NCBI GenBank assembly: GCA_964016885.1
Contig: OZ024742.1
Location: 356,810,001 to 356,874,000 of the forward strand
Reading direction: 5' to 3'
Source of the DNA: Eledone cirrhosa
Lineage: Eukaryota
DNA length: 64,000 bases
Shown here: positions 35,401 to 47,400 of the stretch, in pieces
Layout: every line of letters starts with the position of its first letter
Position numbering within the stretch: position 1 is the first letter of the stretch
Made by a program: the position numbers and the translations under genes
The notes under the pieces: generated by a model
The model's database searches: none
Seen by the model: only the letters and a program-made list of their open reading frames with translations
What the model was told of the DNA's origin: nothing

Positions 35401-38400
35401 GTGGTGTTGGTGGTGGTGGTAGTCTTGGTGTTGGTGGTGTTGGTGGTGGAGGTAATAGTTTTGGTGTTGATGGTGGTGGTAGTCTTGGTGTTGGTGGTGT
35501 TGGTGGTGGAGGAAATAGTTGTGGTGTTGGTGGTGATGGTAGTCTTGGTGTTGGTGATGGTGGTGGAGGTAATAGTTGTGGTGTTGATGGTGGTAGTCTT
35601 GGTGTTGGTGGTGGTGGAGGTAATAGTTGTGGTGTTGATGGTGGTGGTAGTCTTGGTATTGGTGATGGTGGTGGAGGTAATAGTTGTGGTGTTGGTGGTG
35701 GTGGTAGTCTTAGTGTGTTGGTGATGGTGGTGGTGGTAATAGTTGTGGTGTTGATGGTGGTAGTCTTGGTGTTGGTGGTGGTGGTGGTGGTAATAGTTGT
35801 GGTGTTGATGTTGGTGGTAGTCTTGGTGTTGGTGATGGTGGTGGAGGTAATAGTTGTGGTGTTGGTGGTGGTGGTAGTCTTGGTGTTGGTGATGGTGGTG
35901 GAGGTAATAGTTGTGGTGTTGATGGTGGTGGTAGTCTTAGTGTGTTGGTGATGGTGGTGGTGGTAATAGCTGTGGTGTTGATGGTGGTAGTCTTGGTGTT
36001 GGTGGTGGTGGTGGAGGTAATAGTTGTGGTGTTGATGGTGGTGGTAGTCTTAGTGTGTTGGTGATGGTGGTGGTGGTAATAGTTGTGGTGTTGATGGTGG
36101 TAGTCTTGGTGTTGGTGGTTGTGGTGGAGGTAATAGTTGTGGTGTTGATGGTGGTGGTAGTCTTGGTATTGGTGATGCTGGTGGAGGTAATAGTTGTGGT
36201 GTTGGTGGTGGTGGTAGTCTTAGTGTGTTGGTGATGGTGGTGGTGGTAATAGTTGTGGTGTTGATGTTGGTGGTAGTCTTGGTGTTGGTGATGGTGGTGG
36301 AGGTAATAGTTTTGGTGTTGATGGTGGTGGTAGTCTTGGTGTTGGTGTTGGTGGTGGAGGTAATAGTTGTGGTGTTGGTGGTGGTGGTAGTCTTGGTGTT
36401 GGTGATGTTGGTGGTGGAGGTAATAGTCGTGGTGTTGGTGGTGGTGGTTATCTTGGTGTTGGTGTTGGTGGTGGAGGTAATAGTTGTGGTGTTGGTGTTG
36501 GTGGTAGTCTTGGTGTTGGTGATGGTGGTGGAGGTAATAGCTGTGGTGTTGATGGTGGTGATAGTCTTGGTGTTGGTGTTGATGTTGGAGGTAATAGTTG
36601 TGGTGTTGATGGTAGTGGTAGTCTTGGTCTTGGTGATGGTGGTGGTGGTAATAGTTGTGGTGTTGATGGTGATGGTAGTCTTGGTGTTGGTGATGGTGGT
36701 GGTGGTAATAGTTGTGGTGATGGTGTTGGTGGTAGTCTTGATGTTGGTGTTGGTGGTGGTGGTAATAGTTGTGGTGTTGGTGGTGATGGTAGTCTTGGTG
36801 TTGGTGATGGTGGTGGTGGTAATAGTTGTGGTGATGGTGTTGGTGGTAGTCTTGATGTTGGTGTTGGTGGTGGTGGTAATAGTTGTGGTGTTGGTGGTGG
36901 TGGTAGCCTTGGTGTTGGTGATGGTGGTGGAGGTAATAATTGTGGTGTTGGTGGTGGTGGTAGTCTTGATGTTGGTGTTGGTGGTGGTGGTAATAGTTGT
37001 GGTGTTGGTGGTGGTGGTAGTCTTGATGTTGGTGGTGATGGTGGTGGAGGTAATAGTTGTGGTGTTGGTGGTGGTGGTAGTCTTGGTGTTGGTGGTGATG
37101 GTGGTGGAGGTAATAGTTGTGGTGTTGATGGTGGTGGTAGTCTTGGTGTTGGTGGTGATGGTGGTGGAGGTAATAGTTGTGGTGTTGATGGTGGTGGTAG
37201 TCTTGGTGTTGGTGTTGGTGGTGGAGGTAATAGTTGTGGTGTTGGTGGTGATGGTTGTCTTGGTGTTGGTGGTGGTGGTGGAGGTCATAGTTGTGGTGTT
37301 GGTGGTGGTGGTAGTGTTGGTGATGGTGGTGGAGGTAATAGTTGTGGTGTTGGTGGTGGTGGTAGTCTTGGTTTTGGTGTTGGTGGTGGAGGTAATAGTT
37401 GTGGTGTTGGTGGTGGTGGTAGTCTTGGTGTTGGTGATGGTGGTGGTGGTAATAGTTGTGGTGTTGATGGTGGTGGTAGTCTTGGTGTTGGTGGTGGAGG
37501 TAATAGTTGTGGTGTTGGTGGTGGTGGTAGTCTTGGTGTTGGTGATGGTGGTGGAGGTAATAGTTGTGGTGTTGATGGTGGTGGTAGTCTTGGTGTTGGT
37601 GGTGGAGGTAATAGTTGTGGTGTTGGTGGTGGTGGTAGTCTTGGTGTTGGTGATGGTGGTGGAGGTAATAGTTGTGGTGTTGATGGTGGTGGTAGTCTTG
37701 GTGTTGGTGTTGGTGGTGGAGGTAATAGTTGTGGTGTTGGTGGTGGTGGTAGTCTTGGTGTTGGTGATGGTGGTGGAGGTAATAGTTGTGGTGTTGATGG
37801 TGGTGGTAGTCTTGGTGTTGGTGGTGGAGGTAATAGTTGTGGTGTTGGTGGTGGTAGTCTTGGTGTTGGTGATGGTGGTGGTGGAGGTAATAGTTGTGGT
37901 GTTGGTGGTGGTGGTGGTGGTGGTAGTCTTGGTGTTGGTGGTGGTGGTGGAGGTAATAGTTGTGGTGTTGGTGGTGGTGGTAGTCTTGGTGTTATTGATG
38001 ATGGTGGAGGTAATAGTTTTGGTGTTGTTGGTGGTGGTAGTGTTGGTGTTGGTGTTGGTGGTGGAGGTCATTGTTGTGGTGTTGGTGGTGGTGGTAGTCT
38101 TAGTGTTGGTGATGGTGGTGGAGGTAATAGTTGTGGTGTTGGTGGTGGTGGTAGTCTTGGTTTTGGTGTTGGTGGTGGAGGTAATATCTGTGGTGTTGGT
38201 GATGGTGGTGGTGGTAATAGTTGTGGTGTTGGTGGTGGTGGTAGTCTTGGTGTTGGTGGTGGAGGTAATAGTTGTGGTGTTGGTGGTGGTGGTAGTCTTG
38301 GTGTTGGTGGTGGTGGTGGTGGTAATAGTTGTGGTGTTGGTGGTGGTGGTAGTCTTAGTGTGTTGGTGATGGTGGTGGTGGTAATAGTTGTGGTGTTGGT

Positions 38401-41400
38401 GGTGGTGGTAGTGTTGGTGTTGGTGATGGTGGTGGTGGTAATAGTTGTGGTGTTGATGTTGGTGGTGGTCTTGGTGTTGGTGATGGTGGTGGAGGTAATA
38501 GTTGTGGTGTTGGTGGTGGTGGTAGTCTTGGTGTTGGTGTTGGTGGTGGAGGTAATAGTTGTGGTGTTGATGGTGGTGGTAGTCTTAGTGTGTTGGTGAT
38601 GGTGGTGGTGGTAATAGTTGTGGTGTTGATGGTGGTAGTCTTGGTGTTGGTGGTGGTGGTGGAGGTAATAGTTGTGGTGTTGATGGTGGTGGTAGTCTTG
38701 GTGTTGGTGTTGGTGGTGGAGGTAATAGTTGTGGTGTTGATGGTGGTGGTAGTCTTGGTGTTGGTGATGGTGGTGGAGGTAATAGTTGTGGTGTTGATGG
38801 CGGTGGTAGTCTTAGTGTGTTGGTGATGGTTGTGGTGTTGATGGTGGTAGTCTTGGTGTTGGTGGTGGTGGTGGAGGTAATAGTTGTGGTGTTGATGGTG
38901 GTGGTAGTCTTGGTATTGGTGATGGTGGTGTAGGTAATAGTTGTGGTGTTGGTGGTGGTGGTTGTCTTAGTGTGTTGGTGATGGTGGTGGTGGTAATAGT
39001 TGTGGTGTTGATGGTGGTAGTCTTGGTGTTGGTGGTGGTGGTGGAGGTAATAGTTGTGGTGTTGATGGTGGTGGTAGTTTTGGTGTTGGTGTTGGTGGTG
39101 GAGGTAATAGTTTTGGTGTTGGTGGTGGTGGTAGTCTTAGTGTGTTGGTGATGGTGGTGGTGGTAATAGTTGTGGTGTTGATGTTGGTGGTAGTCTTGGT
39201 GTTGGTGATGGTGGTGGAGGTAATAGTTGTGGTGTTGATGGTGGTGGTAGTCTTGGTGTTGGTGGTTGTGGTGGAGGTAATAGTTGTGGTGTTGGTGGTG
39301 GTGGTAGTCTTGGTGTTGGTGATGGTGGTGGAGGTAATAGTTGTGGTGTTGGTGGTGGTGGTAGTCTTGGTGTCGGTGATGGTGGTGGTGGTATTAGTTG
39401 TGGTGTTGATGGTGGTGGTAGTCTTGGTGTTGGTGATGCTGGTGGAGGTAATATTTGTGGTGTTGGTGGTGGTGGTAGTCTTAGTGTGTTGGTGATGGTG
39501 GTGGAGGTAATAGTTGTGGTGTTAATGGTGGTGGTAGTCTTGGTGTTGGTGTTGGTGGTGGAGGTAATAGTTGTGGTGTTGATGTTGGTGGTAGTCTTGG
39601 TGTTGGTGAAGGTGGTGGAGGTAATAGTTGTGGTGTTGGTGGTGGTGGTAGTCTTGGTGTCGGTGATGGTGGTGGTGGTATTAGTTGTGGTGTTGATGGT
39701 GGTGGTAGTCTTGGTGTTGGTGTTGGTGGTGGAGGTAATAGTTGTGGTGTTGGTGGTGGTGGTAGTCTTGGTGTCGGTGATGGTGGTGGTGGTATTAGTT
39801 GTGGTGTTGATGGTGGTGGTAGTCTTGGTGTTGGTGATGGTGGTGGAGGTAATAGTTTTGGTGTTGATGGTGGTGGTAGTCTTGGTGATGGTGATGGTGG
39901 TGGAGGTAATAGTTGTGGTGTTGATGGTGGTGGTAGTCTTGGTGTTGGTGATGGTGGTGGTGGTAATAGTTGTGGTGTTGATGGTGGTGGTAGTCTTAGT
40001 GTGTTGGTGATGGTGGTGGTGGTAATAGTTGTGGTGTTGATGTTGGTGGTAGTCTTGGTGTTGGTGATGGTGGTGGTGGTAATAATTGTGGTGTTGGTGG
40101 TGGTAGTCTTGGTGTTGGTGATGGTGGTGGTGGAGGTAATAGTTGTGGTGTTGGTGGTGGTAGTCTTGGTGTTGGTGATGGTGGTGGTGGAGGTAATAGT
40201 TGTGGTGTTGGTGGTGGTGGTAGTCTTGGTGTTGGTGATGGTGGTGGTGGTAATAGTTGTGGTGTTGATGGTGGTGGTAGTCTTAGTGTGTTGGTGTTGG
40301 TGGTGGTGGTAATAATTGTGGTGTTGGTGGTGATGGTAGTCTTGGTGTTGGTGATGGTGGTGGAGGTAATAGCTGTGGTGTTGGTGATGGTGGTGGTGGT
40401 AATAGTTGTGGTGTTGGTGGTGGTGGTAGTCTTGGTGTTGGTGGTGGTGGTGGAGGTAATAGTTGTGGTGTTGGTGGTGGTGGTAGTCTTGGTGTTGGTG
40501 GTGGTGGTGGTGGTAATAGTTGTGGTGTTGGTGGTGGTGGTAGTCTTAGTGTGTTGGTGTTGGTGGTGGTGGTAATAGTTGTGGTGTTGATGGTGGTGGT
40601 AGTCTTGGTGTTGGTGTTGGTGGTGGAGGTAATAGTTGTGGTGTTGATGGTGGTGGTAGTCTTGGTGTTGGTGATGGTGGTGGAGGTAATAGTTGTGGTG
40701 TTGATGGTGGTGGTAGTCTTGGTGTTGGTGTTGGTGGTGGAGGTAATAGTTGTGGTGTTGATGGTGGTGGTAGTCTTGGTGTTGGTGTTGGTGGTGGAGG
40801 TAATAGTTGTGGTGTTGGTGGTGGTGGTAGTCTTGGTGTTGGTGTTGGTGGTGGAGGTAATAGTTGTGGTGTTGATGGTGGTGGTAGTCTTGGTGTTGGT
40901 GATGGTGGTGGTGGTAATAGTTGTGGTGTTGATGGTGGTGGTAGTCTTGGTGTTGGTGATGGTGGTGGAGGTAATAGTTGTGGTGTTGATGGTGGTGGTA
41001 GTCTTAGTGTGTTGGTGTTGGTGGTGGTGGTAATAGTTGTGGTGTTGGTGGTGGTGGTAGTCTTGGTGTTGGTGTTGGTGGTGGAGGTAATAGTTGTGGT
41101 GTTGATGGTGGTGGTAGTCTTGGTGTTGGTGATGGTGGTGGTGGTAATAGTTGTGGTGTTGATGGTGGTGGTAGTCTTGGTGTTGGTGATGGTGGTGGAG
41201 GTAATAGTTGTGGTGTTGATGGTGGTAGTCTTGGTGTTGGTGGTGGTGGAGGTAATAGTTGTGGTGTTGATGGTGGTGGTAGTCTTGGTATTGGTGATGG
41301 TGGTGGAGGTAATAGTTGTGGTGTTGGTGGTGGTGGTAGTCTTAGTGTGTTGGTGTTGGTGGTGGTGGTAATAGTTGTGGTGTTGGTGGTGGTGGTAGTC

Positions 41401-44400
41401 TTAGTGTGTTGGTGTTGGTGGTGGTGGTAATAGTTGTGGTGTTGGTGGTGGTGGTAGTCTTGGTGTTGGTGTTGGTGGTGGAGGTAATAGTTGTGGTGTT
41501 GATGGTGGTGGTAGTCTTGGTGTTGGTGATGGTGGTGGTGGTAATAGTTGTGGTGTTGATGGTGGTGGTAGTCTTGGTGTTGGTGATGGTGGTGGAGGTA
41601 ATAGTTGTGGTGTTGATGGTGGTAGTCTTGGTGTTGGTGGTGGTGGAGGTAATAGTTGTGGTGTTGATGGTGGTGGTAGTCTTGGTATTGGTGATGGTGG
41701 TGGAGGTAATAGTTGTGGTGTTGGTGGTGGTGGTAGTCTTAGTGTGTTGGTGATGGTGGTGGTGGTAATAGTTGTGGTGTTGATGGTGGTGGTAGTCTTG
41801 GTATTGGTGATGTTGGTGGAGGTAATAGTTGTGGTGTTGGTGGTGGTGGTAGTCTTAGTGTGTTGGTGATGGTGGTGGTGGTAATAGTTGTGGTGTTGAT
41901 GGTGGTAGTCTTGGTGTTGGTGGTGGTGGTGGAGGTAATAGTTGTGGTGTTGATGGTGGTGGTAGTCTTGGTGTTGGTGTTGGTGGTGGAGGTAATAGTT
42001 TTGGTGTTGTTGGTGGTGGTAGTCTTAGTGTGTTGGTGATGGTGGTGGTGGTAATAGTTGTGGTGTTGATGTTGGTGGTAGTCTTGGTGTTGGTGATGGT
42101 GGTGGAGGTAATAGTTGTGGTGTTGGTGGTGGTGGTAGTCTTGGTGTTGGTGATGGTGGTGGAGGTAATAGTTGTGGTGTTGATGGTGGTGGTAGTCTTA
42201 GTGTGTTGGTGATGGTGGTGGTGGTAATAGTTGTGGTGTTGATGGTGGTAGTCTTGGTGTTGGTGGTGGTGGTGGAGGTAATAGTTGTGGTGTTGATGGT
42301 GGTGGTAGTCTTAGTGTGTTGGTGATGGTGGTGGTGGTAATAGTTGTGGTGTTGATGGTGGTAGTCTTGGTGTTGGTGGTTGTGGTGGAGGTAATAGTTG
42401 TGGTGTTGATGGTGGTGGTAGTCTTGGTATTGGTGATGCTGGTGGAGGTAATAGTTGTGGTGTTGGTGGTGGTGGTAGTCTTAGTGTGTTGGTGATGGTG
42501 GTGGTGGTAATATATGTGGTGTTGATGTTGGTGGTAGTCTTGGTGTTGGTGATGGTGGTGGAGGTAATAGTTGTGGTGTTGGTGGTGGTGGTAGTCTTGT
42601 TGTCGGTGATGGTGGTGGTGGTAATAGTTGTGGTGTTGATGGTGGTGGTAGTCTTGGTGTTGGTGTTGTTGGTGGAGGTAATAGTTTTGGTGTTGATGGT
42701 GGTGGTAGTCTTAGTGTGTTGGTGATGGTGGTGGTGGTAATAGTTGTGGTGTTGATGGTGGTAGTCTTGGTGTTGGTGGTGGTGGTGGAGGTAATAGTTG
42801 TGGTGTTGATGGTGGTGGTAGTCTTGGTGTTGGTGTTGGTGGTGGAGGTAATAGTTGTGGTGTTGATGGTGGTGGTAGTCTTGGTGTTGGTGATGGTGGT
42901 GGTGGTAATAGTTGTGGTGTTGGTGGTGGTAGTCTTGGTGTTGGTGATGGTGGTGGTGGAGGTAATAATTGTGGTGTTGGTGGTGGTAGTCTTGGTGTTG
43001 GTGATGGTGGGGGTGGAGGTAATAGTTGTGGTGTTGGTGGTGGTAGTCTTGGTGTTGGTGATGGTGGTGGTGGAGGTAATAGTTGTGGTGTTGGTGGTGG
43101 AGGTAATAGTTGTGGTGTTGGTGGTAGTAGTCTTGGTGTTGGTGGTGGTGGTGGAGGTAATAGTTGTGGTGTTGGTGGTGGTGGTAGTCTTGGTGTTGGT
43201 GGTGGTGGTGGTGGTTATAGTTGTGGTGTTGGTGGTGGTGGTAGTCTTAGTGTGTTGGTGATGGTGGTGGTGGTAATAGTTGTGGTGTTGGTGGTGGTGG
43301 TAGTGTTGGTGTTGGTGATGGTGGTGGTGGTAATAGTTGTGGTGTTGGTGGTGGTAGTAGTCTTGGTGTTGGTGGTGGTGGTGGAGGTAATAGTTGTGGT
43401 GTTGGTGGTGGTGGTAGTATTGGTGTTGGTGTTGGTGGTGGAGGTAATACTTGTGGTGTTGATGGTGGTGGTAGTCTTGGTGTTGGTGGTGGTGGTGGTG
43501 GTAATAGTTGTGGTGTTGATGGTGGTGGTAGTCTTGGTGTTGGTGATGGTGGTGGTGGTAATAGTTGTGGTGTTGATGGTGGTGGTAGTCTTGGTGTTGG
43601 TGATGGTGGTGGAGGTAATAGTTGTGGTGTTGATGGTGGTGGTAGTCTTGGTGTTGGTGATGGTGGTGGAGGTAATAGTTGTGGTGTTGATGGTGGTAGT
43701 CTTGGTGTTGGTGGTGGTGGTGGAGGTAATAGTTGTGGTGTTGATGGTGGTGGTAGTCTTGGTATTGGTGATGGTGGTGGAGGTAATAGTTGTGGTGTTG
43801 ATGGTGGTGGTAGTCTTGGTGTTGGTGATGGTGGTGGAGGTAATAGTTGTGGTGTTGATGGTGGTGGTAGTCTTGGTGTTGGTGATGGTGGTGGAGGTAA
43901 TAGTTGTGGTGTTGATGGTGGTAGTCTTGGTGTTGGTGGTGGTGGTGGAGGTAATAGTTGTGGTGTTGATGGTGGTGGTAGTCTTGGTGTTGGTGATGGT
44001 GGTGGAGGTAATAGTTGTGGTGTTGATGGTGGTGGTAGTCTTAGTGTGTTGGTGATGGTGGTGGTGGTAATAGTTGTGGTGTTGATGGTGGTAGTCTTGG
44101 TGTTGGTGGTGGTGGTGGAGGTAATAGTTGTGGTGTTGATGGTGGTGGTAGTCTTGGTATTGGTGATGGTGGTGGAGGTAATAGTTGTGGTGTTGGTGGT
44201 GGTGGTAGTCTTAGTGTGTTGGTGATGGTGGTGGTGGTAATAGTTGTGGTGCTGATGGTGGTAGTCTTGGTGTTGGTGGTGGTGGTGGAGGTAATAGTTG
44301 TGGTGTTGATGGTGGTGGTAGTCTTAGTGTGTTGGTGATGGTGGTGGTGGTAATAGTTGTGGTGTTGATGGTGGTAGTCTTGGTGTTGGTGGTGGTGGTG

Positions 44401-47400
44401 GAGGTAATAGTTGTGGTGTTGATGGTGGTGGTAGTCTTGGTATTGGTGATGGTGGTGGAGGTAATAGTTGTGGTGTTGGTGGTGGTGGTAGTCTTAGTGT
44501 GTTGGTGATGGTGGTGGTGGTAATAGTTGTGGTGTTGATGGTGGTAGTCTTGGTGTTGGTGGTGGTGGTGGAGGTAATAGTTTTGGGGTTGGTGGTGGTG
44601 GTAGTCTTAGTGTGTTGGTGATGGTGGTGCTGGTAATAGTTGTGGTGTTGATGTTGGTGGTAGTCTTGGTGTTGGTGATGGTGGTGGAGGTAATAGTTGT
44701 GGTGTTGGTGGTGGTGGTAGTCTTAGTGTGTTGGTGATGGTGGTGGAGGTAATAGTTGTGGTGTTGGTGGTGGTGGTAGTCTTAGTGTGTTGGTGATGGT
44801 GGTGGTGGTAATAGTTGTGGTGTTGATGTTGGTGGTAGTCTTGGTGTTGGTGATGGTGGTGGAGGTAATAGTTGTGGTGTTGGTGGTGGTGGTAGTCTTG
44901 GTGTTGGTGATGGTGGTGGAGGTAATAGTTGTGGTGTTGATGGTGGTGGTAGTCTTAGTGTGTTGGTGATGGTGGTGGTGGTAATAGTTGTGGTGTTGAT
45001 GGTGGTAGTCTTGGTGTTGGTGGTTGTGGTGGAGGTAATAGTTGTGGTGTTGATGGTGGTGGTAGTCTTGGTGTTGGTGATGGTGGTGGTGGTAATAGTT
45101 GTGGTGTTGGTGGTGGTAGTCTTGGTGTTGGTGATGGTGGTGGTGGAGGTAATAGTTGTGGTGTTGGTGGTGGTAGTCTTGGTGTTGGTGATGCTGGTGG
45201 AGGTAATAGTTGTGGTGTTGGTGGTGGTGGTAGTCTTAGTGTGTTGGTGATGGTGGTGGTGGTAATAGTTGTGGTGTTGATGTTGGTGGTAGTCTTGGTA
45301 TTGGTGATGCTGGTGGAGGTAATAGTTGTGGTGTTGGTGGTGGTGGTAGTCTTAGTGTGTTGGTGATGGTGGTGGTGGTAATAGTTGTGGTGTTGATGTT
45401 GGTGGTAGTCTTGGTGTTGGTGTTGGTGGTGGTGGTGGTAATAGTTGTGGTGTTGGTGGTGGTGGTAGTCTTGGTGTTGGTGATGGTGGTGGAGGTAATA
45501 GTTGTGGTGTTGATGGTGGTGGTAGTCTTGGTGTTGGTGATGGTGGTGGTGGTAATAGTTGTGGTGTTGATGGTGGTGGTAGTCTTGGTGTTGGTGTTGG
45601 TGGTGGAGGTAATAGTTGTGGTGTTGATGTTGGTGGTAGTCTTGGTATTGGTGATGCTGGTGGAGGTAATAGTTGTGGTGTTGGTGGTGGTGGTAGTCTT
45701 AGTGTGTTGGTGATGGTGGTGGTGGTAATAGTTGTGGTGTTGATGTTGGTGGTAGTCTTGGTGTTGGTGTTGGTGGTGGTGGTGGTAATAGTTGTGGTGT
45801 TGGTGGTGGTGGTAGTCTTGGTGTTGGTGATGGTGGTGGAGGTAATAGTTGTGGTGTTGATGGTGGTGGTAGTCTTGGTGTTGGTGATGGTGGTGGTGGT
45901 AATAGTTGTGGTGTTGATGGTGGTGGTAGTCTTGGTGTTGGTGTTGGTGGTGGAGGTAATAGTTGTGGTGTTGATGGTGGTGGTAGTCTTGGTGTTGGTG
46001 ATGGTGGTGGTGGTAATAGTTGTGGTGTTGGTGGTGGCAGTCTTGGTGTTGGTGATGGTGGTGGTGGAGGTAATAGTTGTGGTGTTGGTGGTGGTAGTCT
46101 TGGTGTTGGTGATGGTGGTGGTGGAGGTAATAGTTGTGGTGTTGGTGGTGGTAGTCTTGGTGTTGGTGATGGTGGTGGTGGAGGTAATAGTTGTGGTGTT
46201 GGTGGTGGTAGTCTTGGTGTTGGTGATGGTGGTGGTGGTGGTAATAGTTGTGGTGTTGGTGGTGGTGGTAGTCTTGGTGTTGGTGATGGTGGTGGAGGTA
46301 ATAGTTGTGGTGTTGATGGTGGTGGTAGTCTTGGTATTGGTGATGGTGGTGGAGGTAATAGTTGTGGTGTTGGTGGTGGTCGTAGTCTTGGTGTTGGTGA
46401 TGGTGGTGGTGGTAATAGTTGTGGTGTTGATGGTGGTGGTAGTCTTGGTGTTGGTGATGGTGGTGGAGGTAATAGTTGTGGTGTTGATGGTGGTTGTAGT
46501 CTTGGTGTTGGTGATGGTGGTGGTGGTAATAGTTGTGGTGTTGGTGGTGGTGGTAGTCTTGGTGTTGGTGATGGTGGTGGTGGTAATAGTTGTGGTGTTG
46601 ATGGTGGTGGTAGTCTTGGTGTTGGTGATGGTGGTGGTGGTAATAGTTGTGGTGTTGATGGTGGTGGTAGTCTTGGTGTTGGTGGTAGTGGTGGAGGTAA
46701 TAGCTGTGGTGTTGGTGGTGGTGGTAGTCTTGGTGTTGGTGGTGGTGGTGGTGGTAATAGTGTGGTGTTGGTGGTGGTGGTAGTCTTGGTATTGGGGTTG
46801 GTGGTGGTGGTAATAGTTGTGGTGTTGGTGGTGGTTGTAGTCTTGGTATTGGGGTTGGTGGTGGTGGTAATAGCTGTGGTGTTGGTGGTGGTGGTAGTCT
46901 TGGTGTTGGTGATGGTGGTGGAGGTAATAGTGTGGTGTTGGTGGTGGTGGTAGTCTTGGTATTGGGGTTGGTGGTGGTGGTAATAGTTGTGGTGTTGGTG
47001 GTGGTTGTAGTCTTGGTATTGGGGTTGGTGGTGGTGGTAATAGCTGTGGTGTTGGTGGTGGTGGTAGTCTTGGTGTTGGTGATGGTGGTGGAGGTAATAG
47101 TGTGGTGTTGGTGGTGGTGGTAGTCTTGGTGTTGGTGATGGTGGTGGTGGAGGTAATAGTTGTGGTGTTGGTGGTGGTAGTCTTGGTGTTGGTGATGGTG
47201 GTGGTAGGTAGTAGTTGTGGTGTTGATGGTGGTAGTAGTCTTGGTGTTGGTGATGGTGGTGGAAGTAATAGTTGTGGTGTTGGTGGTGGTAGTCTTGGTG
47301 TTGGTGATGGTGGTGGTGGAGGTAATAGTTGTGGTGTTGGTGGTGGTGGTAGTCTTGGTGTTGGTGATGGTGGTGATGGTAATAGTTGTGGTGTTGATGG

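Noticed and set aside
36176-45665. Chi-like GCTGGTGG octamers in the 57-bp array
   Set aside because: They are single-base variants of GGTGGTGG copied by array amplification, and Chi is a bacterial RecBCD signal that is irrelevant here.
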